This document shows, one piece after another, positions 23,365 through 36,300 of a stretch of DNA of 64,000 bases. How positions within the stretch are numbered: position 1 is the stretch's first letter; every line of letters starts with the position of its first letter. Below the pieces are notes generated by a model that worked only from the letters and a program-made list of their open reading frames with translations, searched no databases and was not told the DNA's origin. The translations under genes were made by a program, and so were the position numbers. Source of the DNA: Okamejei kenojei (Eukaryota); the NCBI GenBank assembly GCA_035221665.1, contig CM069148.1, positions 49,848,001 through 49,912,000 of the forward strand. The letters run 5' to 3'.

Positions 23365-26057
23365 GTGTGTGAATAACGTTCCATTCGGAGAAGTGTTTTT
23401 TTTGGGAGGGGGGTTTTTGCGGAAGCCGCTGATTGGTGGGAAGTGGACTAGGGTAAGCAGCTGATTGGCAGTCAGATTTCAGCAATTTGTAGTGTACTTT
23501 GTATTGTGTTGATATTGTATACTGATATTGTATTCTGTGTAAGGGAGGGGGAGTATCAAGACCAAGGCAGTGTACTGGTGTGGATGTCAGATGTGGGAGG
23601 TCAGGGAATCTGATAGCCCTCCAGACGTCCCTATCTGCGCCAGGTGTGTCGATATAGGGCTCCTAAAGGACTGTGTTAGGAACCTGGAGCAGCAGCTCGA
23701 TGACCTCCGTCTCCTCAGGGAGAGTGAGGAGGTAATAGAGAGGAGCTCCAGGGAGGTAGTCACTCGCAGACCACAGGAGGCAGACAAGTGGGTCACAGTT
23801 AGGAAGGGCAAGGGGCAGAGGCAGGGGCTAGAGAGTACCTCTGTGACTGTACACCTGGAAAATAGGTACTCGTGTTTGAGTACGATTGGAGGGGACAGCC
23901 TACCTGGGGGCAGCAACAACGGCCGGTCCTCCGGCACAGAGACCGGCCCTGATGCTCAGAAGGGTAGCAAAAAGAGGAGGGCAATTGTAATAGGGGACTC
24001 TATAGTTAGGGGGTCGGATGGAAGATTCTGTGGACGCAGTCGGGAGACCCGGATGGTAGTTTGCCTCCCTGGTGCCAGGGTCTCAGATGTGTCAGAACGT
24101 GTCCAAAATATTATGAAAAGGGAGGAAGAAGAGCTTGATGTTGTGGTACACATAGGTACCAATGACATAGGCAGAAAAAGAGAAGAGGTCCTGAAAGGAG
24201 AATTTAGGGAGTTGGGGGGAAAGTTAAGGAGAAGGAACAAAAGGGTAACGATTTCAGGATTACTGCCTGTGCCACGTGACAGTGAGAGTAGGAATGAAAT
24301 GAGGTGGAGGATAAATGCGTGGCTGAGGGACTGGTGCAGTGGGCAGGGATTCAAGTTTCTTGATCACTGGGACCTCTTTTGGGGAAGGCATGATATGTAC
24401 AAAAAGGACGGGTTGCACTTGAACCCGAGGGGGACCAATATCCTTGCAGGGAGATTTGCCAAAGCTACTGGGGAGACTTTAAACTAGAAAGGCTGGGGGG
24501 AGGGACTCGGGTAGAGGGGGCTAGGGGACAGGGTGTGGGGCAAGAGATTAGTGATAATCTTTCAAAACTTTCAAAACTCTTTAGATTCTGGAGTAGTTCC
24601 TGAGGATTGGCGGGTAGCAAATGTAACCCCTCTTTTTAAGAAGGGAGGGAGAGAGAAAACGGGGAATTACAGACCAGTTAGTCTCACATCGGTAGTGGGG
24701 AAACTGCTAGAGTCAGTTATTAAAGATGGGATAGCAGCACATTTGGAAAGTGGTGAAATCATTGGACAAAGTCAGCATGGATTTACGAAAGGTAAATCAT
24801 GTCTGACGAATCTTGTGGAATTTTTCGAGGATGTAACTAGTAGCGTGGATAAGGGAGAACCAGTGGATGTGGTATATCTGGACTTCCAGAAGGCTTTCGA
24901 CAAGGTCCCACATAAGAGATTAGTATACAAACTTAAAGCATACGGTATTAGGGGTTCAGTATTGATGTGGATAGAGAACTGGCTGGCAAAGAGTAGGAGT
25001 AAACGGGTCCTTTTCACAATGGCAGGCAGTAACTAGTGGGGTACCGCAGGGCTCAGTGCTGGGACCCCAGCTATTTACAATATATATTAATGATCTGGAT
25101 GAGGGAATTGAAGGCAATATCTCCAAGTTTGCGGATGACACTAAGCTGGGGGGCAGTGTTCGCTGTGAGGAGGATGCTAGGAGACTGCAAGGTGACTTGG
25201 ATAGGCTGGGTGAGTGGGCAAATGTTTGGCAGATGCAGTATAATGTGGATAAATGTGAGGTTATCCACTTTGGTGGCAAAAACAGGAAAGCAGACTATTA
25301 TTTAAATGGTGGCCGATTAGGAAAAGGGGAGATGCAGCGAGACCTGGGTGTCATGGTACACCAGTCATTGAAAGTAGGCATGCAGGTGCAGCAGGCAGTG
25401 AAAAAAGCGAATGGTATGTTAGCTTTCATAGCAAAAGGATTTGAGTACAGGAGCAGGAGGATCTACTTCAGTTGTATAGGGTCTTGGTGAGACCACACCT
25501 GGAGTATTGCGTACAGTTTTGGTCTCCAAATCTGAGGAAGGACATTATTGCCATAGAGGGAGTGCAGAGAAGGTTCACCAGACTGATTCCTGGGATGTCA
25601 GTACTGTCTTATGAAGAAAGACTGGATAAGACTCGGTTTATACTCTCTGGAATTTAGGAGATTGAGAGGGGATCTTATAGAAACTTACAAAATTCTTAAG
25701 GGTTGGACAGGCTAGATGCAGGAAGATTGTTCCCGATGTTGGGGAAGTCCAGGACAAGGGGTCACAGCTTAAGGATAAGGGGGAAATCCTTTAAGACCGA
25801 GATGAGAAAGACTTTTTTCACACAGAGAGTGGTGAGTCTCTGGAACTCTCTGCCACAGAGGGTAGTTGAGGCCAGTTCATTGGCTATATTTAAGTTGGAT
25901 GTGGCCCTTGTGGCTAAGGGGATCAGAGGGTATGGAGAGAAGGCAGGTACGGGATACTGAGTTGGATGATCAGCCATGATCATATTGAATGGCGGTGCAG
26001 GCTCGAAGGGCTGAATGGCCTACTCCTGCACCTAATTTCTATGTTTCTATGTTTCTA
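23365..26057 (+). mobile_element. CR1-type LINE, subfamily C, with 5' UTR and ORF1, endonuclease region deleted, and RT remnant (paralog ~34790-37492)
   Basis: ORF1 is followed ~60 bp after its stop by a jump into RT at ~24546. FADD motif and ctatgttt tail. Confidence 0.9.
23570..24487 (+). CDS. CR1 ORF1p: CxxC..CxxC zinc finger, coiled coil and SGNH esterase domain
   Basis: Motifs CGCQMW...CARC, IVIGDSIVRG, HIGTNDIG and DGLHLN. Open for 305 codons; start codon uncertain. Confidence 0.8.
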   Translation: MYWCGCQMWEVRESDSPPDVPICARCVDIGLLKDCVRNLEQQLDDLRLLRESEEVIERSSREVVTRRPQEADKWVTVRKGKGQRQGLESTSVTVHLENRYSCLSTIGGDSLPGGSNNGRSSGTETGPDAQKGSKKRRAIVIGDSIVRGSDGRFCGRSRETRMVVCLPGARVSDVSERVQNIMKREEEELDVVVHIGTNDIGRKREEVLKGEFRELGGKLRRRNKRVTISGLLPVPRDSESRNEMRWRINAWLRDWCSGQGFKFLDHWDLFWGRHDMYKKDGLHLNPRGTNILAGRFAKATGETLN

Positions 26058-29000
26058 AGAGGCAGAGAAGGGAAGCACTCGGACACAAAATGTAGGCGAG
26101 AAAGAGGAAAAAGATAATAGACAGAGAATAAGGGATGGTGGGTTTCTAAAATGTGTATATTTTAATGCTAGGAGAATTGTAAGAAAGGTGGATGAACTCA
26201 GAGCCTGGATTGACACCTGGAAATATGATGTTGTGACAATCAGTGAAACATGGTTGCAGGAGGGCTGTGATTGGAAACTAAATATTCCAGGATTTTGTTG
26301 CTTCAGGTATGATAGAATTGGAGGGACCAGAGGTGGAGGTGTTGCATTGCTTGTCAGAGAGGAAATTACAGCAGTGCTTTGGCAGGATAGATTAGAGGGC
26401 TCATCTAGGGAGGCTATTTGGGTGGAACTGAGAAGTGGGAACGGTGTAGCAACACTTTTAGGGGTGTATTATAGACCGCCAAATGGTGAGCGAGAATTGG
26501 AAGAGCAAATATGTAAGGAGATAGCAGATATTAGTGGTAAGCACACGGTAGTGATTGTGGGAGATTTCAATTTTCCAAAAATAGACTGGGAAACACATTC
26601 TGTAAATGGGCTGGATGGTTTGGAGTTTATAAAATGTGTGCAGGATAGTTTTTTGCAGCAGTACAAAGAAGTATCGACCAGAGAAGGGTCAGTGCTGGAC
26701 CTCCTGTTAGGAAATGAGGCAGGTCAGGTGGCGGAGTATTGCGTTGGTGAGCACTTCGGGACAATGCCATTAGTTTCAATATAATTATGGAGTCAGAACT
26801 GGACCAAGGGTTGAGATTTTTGATTGGAGAAAAGCTAACTTTTGAGGGAATGCGTAAGGATTTTAAAGGAGTGAATTGGACACTTTGTTTCATGGGAAGG
26901 ATGTCGAAGAGAAATGGAAATTTAAAAGGGGAAATTGTAAGAGTACAGAATCTTTATGTCCCTGTTCGGTTGAAAGGAAATAGTGAAGATTGGAAAGAGC
27001 CATGTTTTCAAGGGAAATTGGACACTTGTTTCGAAAAAAGAGAGATATCTACAATAATTATAGGAGGCATGGAGTAAATTAGTGCTAGATGAGTATAAAA
27101 GAATGTAAAAAGAATCTTAAGAAAGAAATTAGAAAGCTAAAGCTATTCCCACTGGGTCTTTTCCCCATCCCCCCCCCCTACCATGTAACGCCTGCTCATC
27201 CCCACCCACACCACAGCCCCCATACCCCCCCCCCACCTCCCCAGACCACCATCCCACCCCCCTCACCACACATCGCTCCGTCCTCAATGCACTCACCTGC
27301 TTCCTCCGCCACAACCCCCATCCTTTTCGCCTGTTCACACATCCCCCCCCCGGACCCACCACGACTTAGAGCTCTTCTACCGTCACCTCCGCCTCACGGC
27401 GTTCTTCCAGGGGAAGAAGTCCTCGCCCCCCACTGATGAGTATTTAGATCCCTTTTCCTTGTCTCTCCCACGTACCCCCTCCACTTGGACCCACCCACGT
27501 AGCCTTCCGGCTCTAGAACTATTTAACCAGAACTGCCGTCGGGACATCAACCGCCTCAACTTCTCCACTCCCCTGTCCACACTCCAATCTCTCCAGCCCC
27601 GAACGTACTGCCAATCGACTCACTCCGTAACAACCCAGACTGGGTTATCAAACCCGCCGACAAGGAAGATGCCGTGGTAGTCTGGCGCGTCAATCTCTAC
27701 AAAGCGGAGGCCGCGCGCCTACTCTCGGACACCTCCTCCTACTTACCCCTGGACCATGATCCCACTGACGAACACCAGGCCACCATCTCGAGCACCGTAA
27801 CCGACTTCATCAGCTCCGGCTCCCTCCTCCCCCCCCCCCCCCCCCCCCCCCGAGCCTCCGACCTCATCGTTTCCCAGCCCCGCACGGCCCGATTTTACCT
27901 TCTCCCCAAAATCCACAAACCCGACTGCCCTGGCAAACCCATTTTCTCTGCCTGTTTCATGCCCCACTGAACACATTTCCTACATAACCTATGACGCCAT
28001 CCTATCCTCCTTTGTTAAATCCCTCCCCGCCTATGTTCAAGACACCTCAGAACCACTCTCCGTCGGTTCCGTGCATTCCATTCTCCAGGCCCCCATCCTC
28101 TTATCTTTACCATGGACGTCCAGTCACTCTACACCTCCATCCCCCACAACGACAGTCTCAAAGCCCTCCGGTTCTTCCTCGACCAGAGGAGCAACCCATA
28201 CCCGTCCACCGACACCCTCCTCCACCTAGCGGAGTTGGTCCTTACCCTCAATAACTTCTTTTGATTCCTCCCATTTCCTCCAAACACAAGGCGTAGCTAT
28301 GGGCACACCCATGGGCCCCAGCTACACTTGCCTCTTTGTTGGCTGCGTCGAACAATCCTTGTTCTCGGCGTACTAGGACCCCATCCCCGACCTCTGCCTC
28401 CGTTACATTGACGACTGCTTTGGTGTCACCTCCTGCACCCACGCACAACTGACTGACTTCGTCCATTTCACCACCAACTTCCATCCGGCACTCAAATACA
28501 CTTGGACCATTTCCGACATTTCGCTACCATTCCTTGACCTCACCATCTCTATTGCAGGTGATACACTCCTGACCGACATCCACATGCTGCTGCACCCGCT
28601 GAGTTTCTCCAGCCTTTTGTGTACCCAAGAAGATATGAGGTTGCTTTGGCAAGAAAGGTGAAAGTAAATCCAAAGGGTTTCTACACTATGATTAATAGCA
28701 AAAGGATAATGAGGGATAAAATTGGACCATTAGAGAGCCAGAATGGACACTATTTGCAGAGCCAAAAGAGATAGGGGAGATATTGAAACAATTTCTTTTT
28801 CTTCGGTATTCACCAAGGAGAAGGGATATTGAACTCTATGAGGTACGGGAAAAAAGTAGAGTAGCTAATGGAAACTATGATATTCAAAGTGGAGGAAGTT
28901 CCATTGTTTAAAAAGGGTTCAAAGAATAAACCTAGCAATTATAGACCTGTTAGTTTGACGTCAATGGTGGGCAAATTAATGGAAAGGATACTTAGAGGAG

Positions 29001-29890
29001 GGAGATAATATATTAAGCATCTGGATAAACAGGTCTGATCAGGAACAGTCAACATGGATTTTGTGCCCGGAAGGTCATGTTTGACAAACCTTCTTGAATT
29101 TTTTGAAGAGGTTACTAGGGAAATTGATGAGGGTAAAGCAGTGGATGTTGTCTATATGGATTTCAGTAAGGCCTTTGACAAGGTTCCCCATGGAAGGTTG
29201 GTTAAGAAGTTTCAATCTTTGGGTGTTATATGCGGAGTAGCAAGATGGATTCAACATGGCTGAATGGGAGATGTCAGAGAGTAATGTGGATGGCTGTTTG
29301 TCAGGGTTGTAAGCCGTGGACCAGTGGGGTGCCTCAGGGATCTGTGTTGGGTCCACTGTTTGTTTTGTCATGTACATCAATGATCTGGATGATGGGGTTG
29401 AAATTGGATAAGTAAGTATGCAGATGATATTAAGATAGGTGGTGTTGTGGATAATGAAGTAGATTTTCAAAATCCACAGAGATATTTGGGCCATTTGGAA
29501 AAGTGGGCTGAAAGATGGCAGATGGAGTTTAATGCTGTTAAGTGTGAAGTGCTACATCTTGGCAGGATAAATCAAAATAGGATGTACTTGGGAGGGAATT
29601 GAGGAATGCTGTGGAACAGAGGGATCTAGGAATAACTGTGCATAGTTCCCTTGAAGGTGGAAATCACATGTAAGATAGGGTGGTAAAAGAAAGCTTTTGG
29701 TGTGCTGGCCTTTATAAATCAGAGCATTGAATATAGGAGTAGGGAAGTAATGTTAAAATTGTACAAGGCATTGGTAAGACCAATTCTGGAGTATGGTTTA
29801 CAATTTTGGTCGCCTAATTATAGGAAGGATGTCAACAAAATAGATCACAATGAATGGCCTCCTCCTGCACCTATTTTCTATGTCTATGAT
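26058..29890 (+). mobile_element. CR1 subfamily A (from ORF2 start), interrupted by a Penelope RT fragment and fused by deletion to a subfamily B tail (paralog ~37493-41418)
   Basis: YFNARR..K.DEL, SETWL and GDFN endonuclease motifs. Junction aaatag|atcacaatg at ~29843. Confidence 0.9.
27142..28626 (+). mobile_element. Penelope-like element RT fragment (paralog ~38592-40165)
   Basis: Motifs FYLLPKIHK, DVQSLYTSIP, GVAMGTPMGPSY and RYIDD. Inserted in the CR1 at ..gctaa|aagaagatatgagg. Confidence 0.85.
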
Positions 29891-29940
29891 GTGTAATGAT
29901 CTAAATTTCTATTTGAAGCAAACATTCAAAAGACAGTAAC

Positions 29941-32369
29941 AGGATTTTTTGGAATGTATGCGGGATAGTTATCTAAATCAACATGTAGAGGAACCAACGA
30001 GAGAGCAGGCTATTTTAGACTGGGTTTTGAGTAATGAGGAAGGGGTAATTAGCCGTCTTGTTGTACGTGCCCCCTTGGGCAAGAGTGACCATAATATGGT
30101 TGAGTTCTTCATTAGGATGGAGAGTGACATTGTTAATTCAGAAACAATGGTTCTGAACTTAAAGAAAGGTAACTTTGAGGGTATGAGACGTGAATTGGCC
30201 AAGATTGACTGCAATTAATTCTAAAAATAGGGTTGACTGGATATACAATGGAAGACATTTAAAGACTGCATGGATGAACTACTAAAAAAATTGTTCAACC
30301 CAGCTTTGGCAAAAGAATAAATCGGGGAAGGTAGTTGCATCCGTGATAACAAGGTGAATCAGGGAATAGTATCAAAGCAAAGGATGATGCGTACAAAGTA
30401 GCCAGAAAAAGCAGCATACCAGAGGACTGGAGAAATTCAGAGACCAGCAGAGGAGGACAAAGGCTTAATTAGGGAAAGGAAAAATAGATTATGAAAAGAA
30501 AACTGGCAGGGAACATAAAAACTGAACGTGCAAAAGATTTTTATAGAAATGTGAAGAGAAAGAGGTTAGTAAAACAAATGTAGGTCCCCTTGCAGTCAGA
30601 AACGGTGGTTGATCATGGGAACAAGGGATATGGCGGACCAATTGAATAACTAACTTTGGTTCCGTCTTCACTAAGGAAGACATAAATAATCTACCTGAAA
30701 TAGCAGGGGACTGTGGGTCAAAGGAGGAATTGAGTGAAATCCAGGTCAGTCGGAAGATGTGTTGGGTAAATTGAATAGAGTATTAAAGGCCGATAATTCC
30801 CCAGGCCAGATAGGCTGCATCCCATAGTACTAAAGAAGTAGCTCAGGAAATAGTGGATGCATATAGTGATAATCTTTTTTCAAAGACTCTTTAGATTCTG
30901 GAGTATTCCTGAGGATTGGCGGGTAGCAAATGTAACCCCTCTTTTTAAGAAGGTAGGGAGAGAAAAACGGGAATTACAGACCAGTTAGTCTAACATCGGT
31001 AGTGGGGAAACTGCTAGAGTCATTATTAAAGATGGGATAGCAGCACATTTGGGAAAGTGGTGAAATCATTGGACAAAGTCAGCATGGATATTACAAAAAG
31101 GTAAATCATGTCTGACGAATCTTGTGGAATTTTTCGAGATGTAACTATCGCGAGATAAGGGAGAACCAGTGGATGTGGTATATCTGGACTTCCAGAGCTT
31201 CGACAAGTCCCACATAAGAGATTAGTATACCAAACTTAAAGCATATTACGGTATTAGGGGTTCAGTATTGATGTGGAAGAGAACTGGCTGCAAACAGAAC
31301 AAAGAGTAGAGAAGTAAACGATCCTTTTCACAATGCAGGCAGTAACCTATGGGGTTACCGCAGGGCTCAGTGCGGGACCCCAGCTATTTACAATATATAT
31401 TAATGATCTGGATGAGGGAATTGAAGGCAATATCTCCATGTTTGCGATTGACACTAGCTGGGGGCAGTGTTCGCTGTGAGGAGATGCAGGAGACTGCAAG
31501 GAGAGACTTGGATAGGCTGGGTGAGTGGCAATGTTTGGCAGATGCAGTATAATGTGATAAATGTGAGGTTATCCACTTTCCGTGGCAAAAAACAGAAAGC
31601 AGGACTATATTTAAATGGTGGCCGATTAGGAAAAGGGGAGATGCAGCGAGACCTGGTGTCATGGGTACACCAGTCATTGAAAAAAAGTAGCATGCAGGTG
31701 CAGCAGGCAGTGAAAAAAAGCGAATGTATGTTAGCTTTCATAGCAAAAGATTTGAGTACAGGAATCAGGGAGGTTCTACTTCAGTGTACAGGGTCTTGGT
31801 GAACCACACCTGGAGTATTGCGTGCAGTTTTGGTCTCCAAATCTGAGGAAGACATTATTGCCATATAGGGAGTGCAGAGAAGTTCACCAGACTGATTCCC
31901 GGATGTCAGGACTGTCTTATGAGAAAGACTGGATAGACTCGGTTTATAACTCCTCTGGAATTTAGGAGATTAAGAGGGATCTTATAGAAACTTACAAAAT
32001 TCTTAAGGGGTTGGACAGCTAGATGCAGGAAAGATTGTTCCCGATGTGGGGAAGGTCCAGGACAAGGGGTCACAGCTTAAGGATAAGGGTGAAATCCTTT
32101 AAGACCGAGATGAGAAAGACTTTCTTCACACAGAGAGTGGTGAGTCTCTGGAACTCTCTGCCACAGAGGGTAGTTGAGGCCAGTTCATTGGCTATATTTA
32201 AGAGTGAGTTGGATGTGGCCCTTGTGGCTAAGGGGATCAGAGGGTATGGAGAGAAGGCAGGTACGGGATACTGAGTTGGATGATCAGCCATGATCATATT
32301 GAATGGCGGTGCAGGCTCGAAGGGCTGAATGGCCTACTCCTGCACCTAGTTTCTATGTTTCTATGTTTC
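29941..32369 (+). mobile_element. CR1 subfamily C, 5'-truncated, inserted ~25 bp from the m5 donor (paralog ~41471-43957)
   Basis: Splits cagtaac|tattgg, which is uninterrupted at 20967-20980. RT fragments and ctatgttt tail. Confidence 0.9.
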
Positions 32370-32395
32370 TAACTATTGGAAATGAAAACTTTTAC

Positions 32396-32440
32396 CTTCA
32401 TCGACTTCTTCATTGACATCATTTACTATTTTGCCATAAT
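32396..32440 (-). CDS. Microexon m5 (45 nt): DYGKIVNDVNEEVDE
   Basis: ttctgcag acceptor, G|gtaaaag donor, 45 nt, identical to m7. Confidence 0.72.
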
Positions 32441-33258
32441 CTGCAGAATAATAAGAGTTTAAATCTGACATTAGTCAAATCAAATTGCCACTTCCAAAGT
32501 CAGAGTATTAAACACTTGGGCAGGAACATGGATAGGATAGGTTTAGAGAGATATGGGCCGATCGTGGGCAGGTGGGACTAGTTTAGATGGGGCACCTTGG
32601 TTGACAAGGGCAAGTTGGGCCGAAGGGCCTTTTTCCCGTGATCTTTGAACCATTACCTAAGTTGTCTCACCAAGCAGAATTTTCAACAGCTGAACATCCA
32701 AAATCATCTATTGCCAACATCAGTAACAAATATAACTAGTTTATTCAACATGAAAACTTTGTTGTGAAAGAAATAATCAAATAAATCTGGTGTAAATGTT
32801 TGAAGAGAATAACGGGACCAGGCACAGTGGCGCAGCGGTAGAGTTGCTGCCTCACAGCACCAGAGACCCCGGGCTCGATCCTGACCACGGAGTGCTGCGG
32901 TGTGGCGTTTCAACAACGTTCCCCTGTGACTACCACGTGGGTTTCTCCGATACCTCCCACACTCCAAAGAGACGTGCAGATTTTGAGGTTAATTGGCATT
33001 GTAAAAATTATAAATTGTCCCTGGAGTATATGGATAGTGTTAGTGTGTGTGATCGTTGGTTGTGCGGACTCGGTGGGCTAAAGGGGCCCGTTTCTGAGCT
33101 CTATCTCTAAACTAAACATTCCCTCCAGAAAGCAGCCTGACCCACCGAGTTTTCTCCACACTTTGTGTTTTGAAAACATTTGGATCATGTGTAATGATCT
33201 AACTTCTACTTGAAGCAAACATTCAAAATACATAACTATTAGAAATGAAGACTTTTAC

Positions 33259-33303
33259 CTTTATCGACATTTTCATTGACATCATTTACTATTTTACCAT
33301 AAT
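33259..33303 (-). CDS. Microexon m4 (45 nt): DYGKIVNDVNENVDK
   Basis: ttctgcag acceptor, G|gtaaaag donor, 45 nt, phase 1-1, open frame. Confidence 0.72.
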
Positions 33304-36300
33304 CTGCAGAATAAAAAAGAGCTTAATTAAACCTGATGTTTGAGGAGGAACTGCAGATGCTGGAAAAAACCGAAGTAGACAAAAATGCTGGAGAACTCAG
33401 CGGGTGAGGCTGCATCTGTGGAGCGAAGGAATAGGGAACGTTTTGGTCAAGACCCTTCTTCACACTGATGTGGGGGGTGGGGCGGAAAATGAAGAGGCGG
33501 AGAGAGTAGGCTGTGGGAGAGCTGTGAAGGGGAGGGGAAGGAGGGCGAAAGCAAGGACTACCTGAACCAATTCACAGGTCAATTCGTCCCTTCCCACCCA
33601 AATCACCTCCCTCCTCTGGTACTTTCCCTTGCCACCACAGATAAATGCTACACATGTCGCTTTATAAAACTCTCCCCCTTGACTCCATCCAAGGACCCAA
33701 GCAAGTCTTTCCAGCTGAGGCAGAGGTTCACCTGCACCGCCTCCAACCTCATCTATTGCATCCGCTGTTTCAGGTGTCAACTACTCTATAATCGGTTGAG
33801 AGCAAGCGCAGGCTTGTCGATTCGCTTCGCCCAACACCTCCACTCAGTTCGCAATAACCAACCTGAATCCCGGTGGCTCAGCACTTCAACTCCTCCTCCC
33901 TTCCGAATACGACTTTTCTGTCCTTGGCCTCCTCCATGGCCAGAGAGAATTGGAGAGCAGCACCTCATATTTCGCTTGGGTAGTTTACACCCCAGCGGTA
34001 TGAACATTGACTTCTCCAATTTTGGGGTAGATCCTTGCTTTCACCCTCCTTCCCCTCCCCAGCTGCCTCCACCTCTTCCTTTTTTTTTCCCGCCACACAC
34101 CCCCCCCCCCACATTTGTCTGAAGAAGGGTCTCGACCCGAAACGTCGCCTATTATCATTCGCTCCATAGATGCTGCCTCATCACCGCTGAGTTTCTCCAC
34201 ATTTTTGTCTCCCCTTAATTAAACCTGACATTAGTCAAATCAAATTGCCACTTCCAAAGTCAAAGTATTAAACACTTGGGTAGAAACATGGATAGGATAG
34301 GTTTAGAGGGATATGGGCCAATCGTGGGCAAGTGGGACTAGTTTAGATGGGGCACCCTGGTCGACAAGGGCAATTTGGGCCGAAGGGCCTTTTTCCATGA
34401 TCTATGTCTCACCAAGCAGATTTTAAACAACTGAACATCCAAAATCATCTATTGTCAACATCAGTAACAAATATATCTAGTTTATTCAACATGAAACTTT
34501 GTTGTGAAAGTAATAATCAAATAAATCTGGTGTAATGTTTGAAGAGCTAACGGGCAGCACAGTGGCGCAGCGGTAGAGTTGCTGCCTCACAGCACCAGAG
34601 ACCCGGGCTCGATCCTGACCACTGTGGCTGTCTGTGTGGAGTTTGGACGATCCCCGTGACCACGCGGGGTTTCTCCGGAGTGCCGCAAAGCTCGGTGTTG
34701 GGCCGCAACTGTTTACCATATATATTAATGATTTGGAAAGAGGGAATTGGGAGCAACACTAGCATGTTTGCGGATGACACAGAGCTGGGTGTGTGAATAA
34801 CGTTCCATTCGGAGAAGTGTTTTTTTTTGGGAGGGGGGTTTTTGCGGAAGCCGCTGATTGGTGGGAAGTGGACTAAGGGTAAGCAGCTGATTGGCAGTCA
34901 GATTTTGCAGCAATTTGTAGTGTACTTTGTATTGTGTTGATATTGTATACTGATATTGTATTCTGTGTAAGGGAGGGGGAGTATCAAGACCAAGGCAGTG
35001 TACTGGGTGTGGATTGTCAGATGTGGGAGGTCAGGGAATCTGATAGCCCTCCAGACCGTCCTATCTGCGCCAGGTGGTCGATATAGGGCTCCTAAAGGAC
35101 TGTGTTAGGAACCTGGAGCAGCAGCTCGATGACCTCCGTCTCCTCAGGGAGAGTGAGGAGGTAATAGAGAGGAGCTCCAGGGAGGTAGTCACTCGCAGAC
35201 CACAGGAGGCAGACAAGTGGGTCACAGTTAGGAAGGGCAAGGGGCAGAGGCAGGGGGCTAGAGAGTACCTCTGTGACTGTACACCTGGAAAATAGGTACT
35301 CGTGTTTGAGTACGATTGGAGGGGACAGCCTACCTGGGGGCAGCAACAACGGCCGGTCCTCCGGCACAGAGACCGGCCCTGATGCTCAGAAGGGTAGCAA
35401 AAAGAGGAGGGCAATTGTAATAGGGGACTCTATAGTTAGGGGTCGGATGGAAGATTCTGTGGACGCAGTCGGGAGACCCGGATGGTAGTTTGCCTCCCTG
35501 GTGCCAGGGTCTCAGATGTGTCAGAACGTGTCCAAAATATTATGAAAAGGGAGAAGAAGAGCTTGATGTTGTGGTACACATAGGTACCAATGACATAGGC
35601 AGAAAAAGAGAAGAGGTCCTGAAAGGAGAATTTAGGGAGTTGGGGGGAAAGTTAAGGAGAAAGGAACAAAAGGGTAACGATTTCAATTACTGCCTGTGCC
35701 ACGTGACAGTGAGAGTAGGAATGAAATGAGGTGGAGGATAAATGCGTGGCTGAGGGACTGGTTGCAGTGGGCAGGGATTCAAGTTTCTTGATCACTGGAC
35801 CTCTTTTGGGAAGGCATGATATGTACAAAAAAGGACGGTTGCACTTGAACCCGAGGGGGACCAATATCCTTGCAGGGAGATTTGCCAAAGCTACTGGGGA
35901 GACTTTAAACTAGAAAGGCTGGGGGGAGGGACTCGGGTAGAGGGGGCTAGGGGACAGGGTGTGGGGCAAGAGATTAGTGATAATCTTTCAAAACTTTCAA
36001 AACTCTTTAGATTCTGGAGTAGTTCCTGAGGATTGGCGGGTAGCAAATGTAACCCCTCTTTTTAAGAAGGAGGGAGAGAGAAAACGGGGAATTACAGACC
36101 ATTAGTCTCACATCGGTAGTGGGAAACTGCTAGAGTCAGTTTATTAAAGATGGGATAGCAGCACATTTGGAAAGTGGTGAAATCATTGGACAAAGTCAGC
36201 ATGGATTTACGAAAGGTAAAATCATGTCTGACGAATCTTGTGGAATTTTTCGAGGATGTAAACTAGTAGCGTGGATAAGGGAGAACCAGTGGATGTGGTA

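Noticed and set aside
23570-24487. Host lipase/esterase gene
   Set aside because: It is CR1 ORF1p, embedded between the element's 5' UTR and RT remnant.
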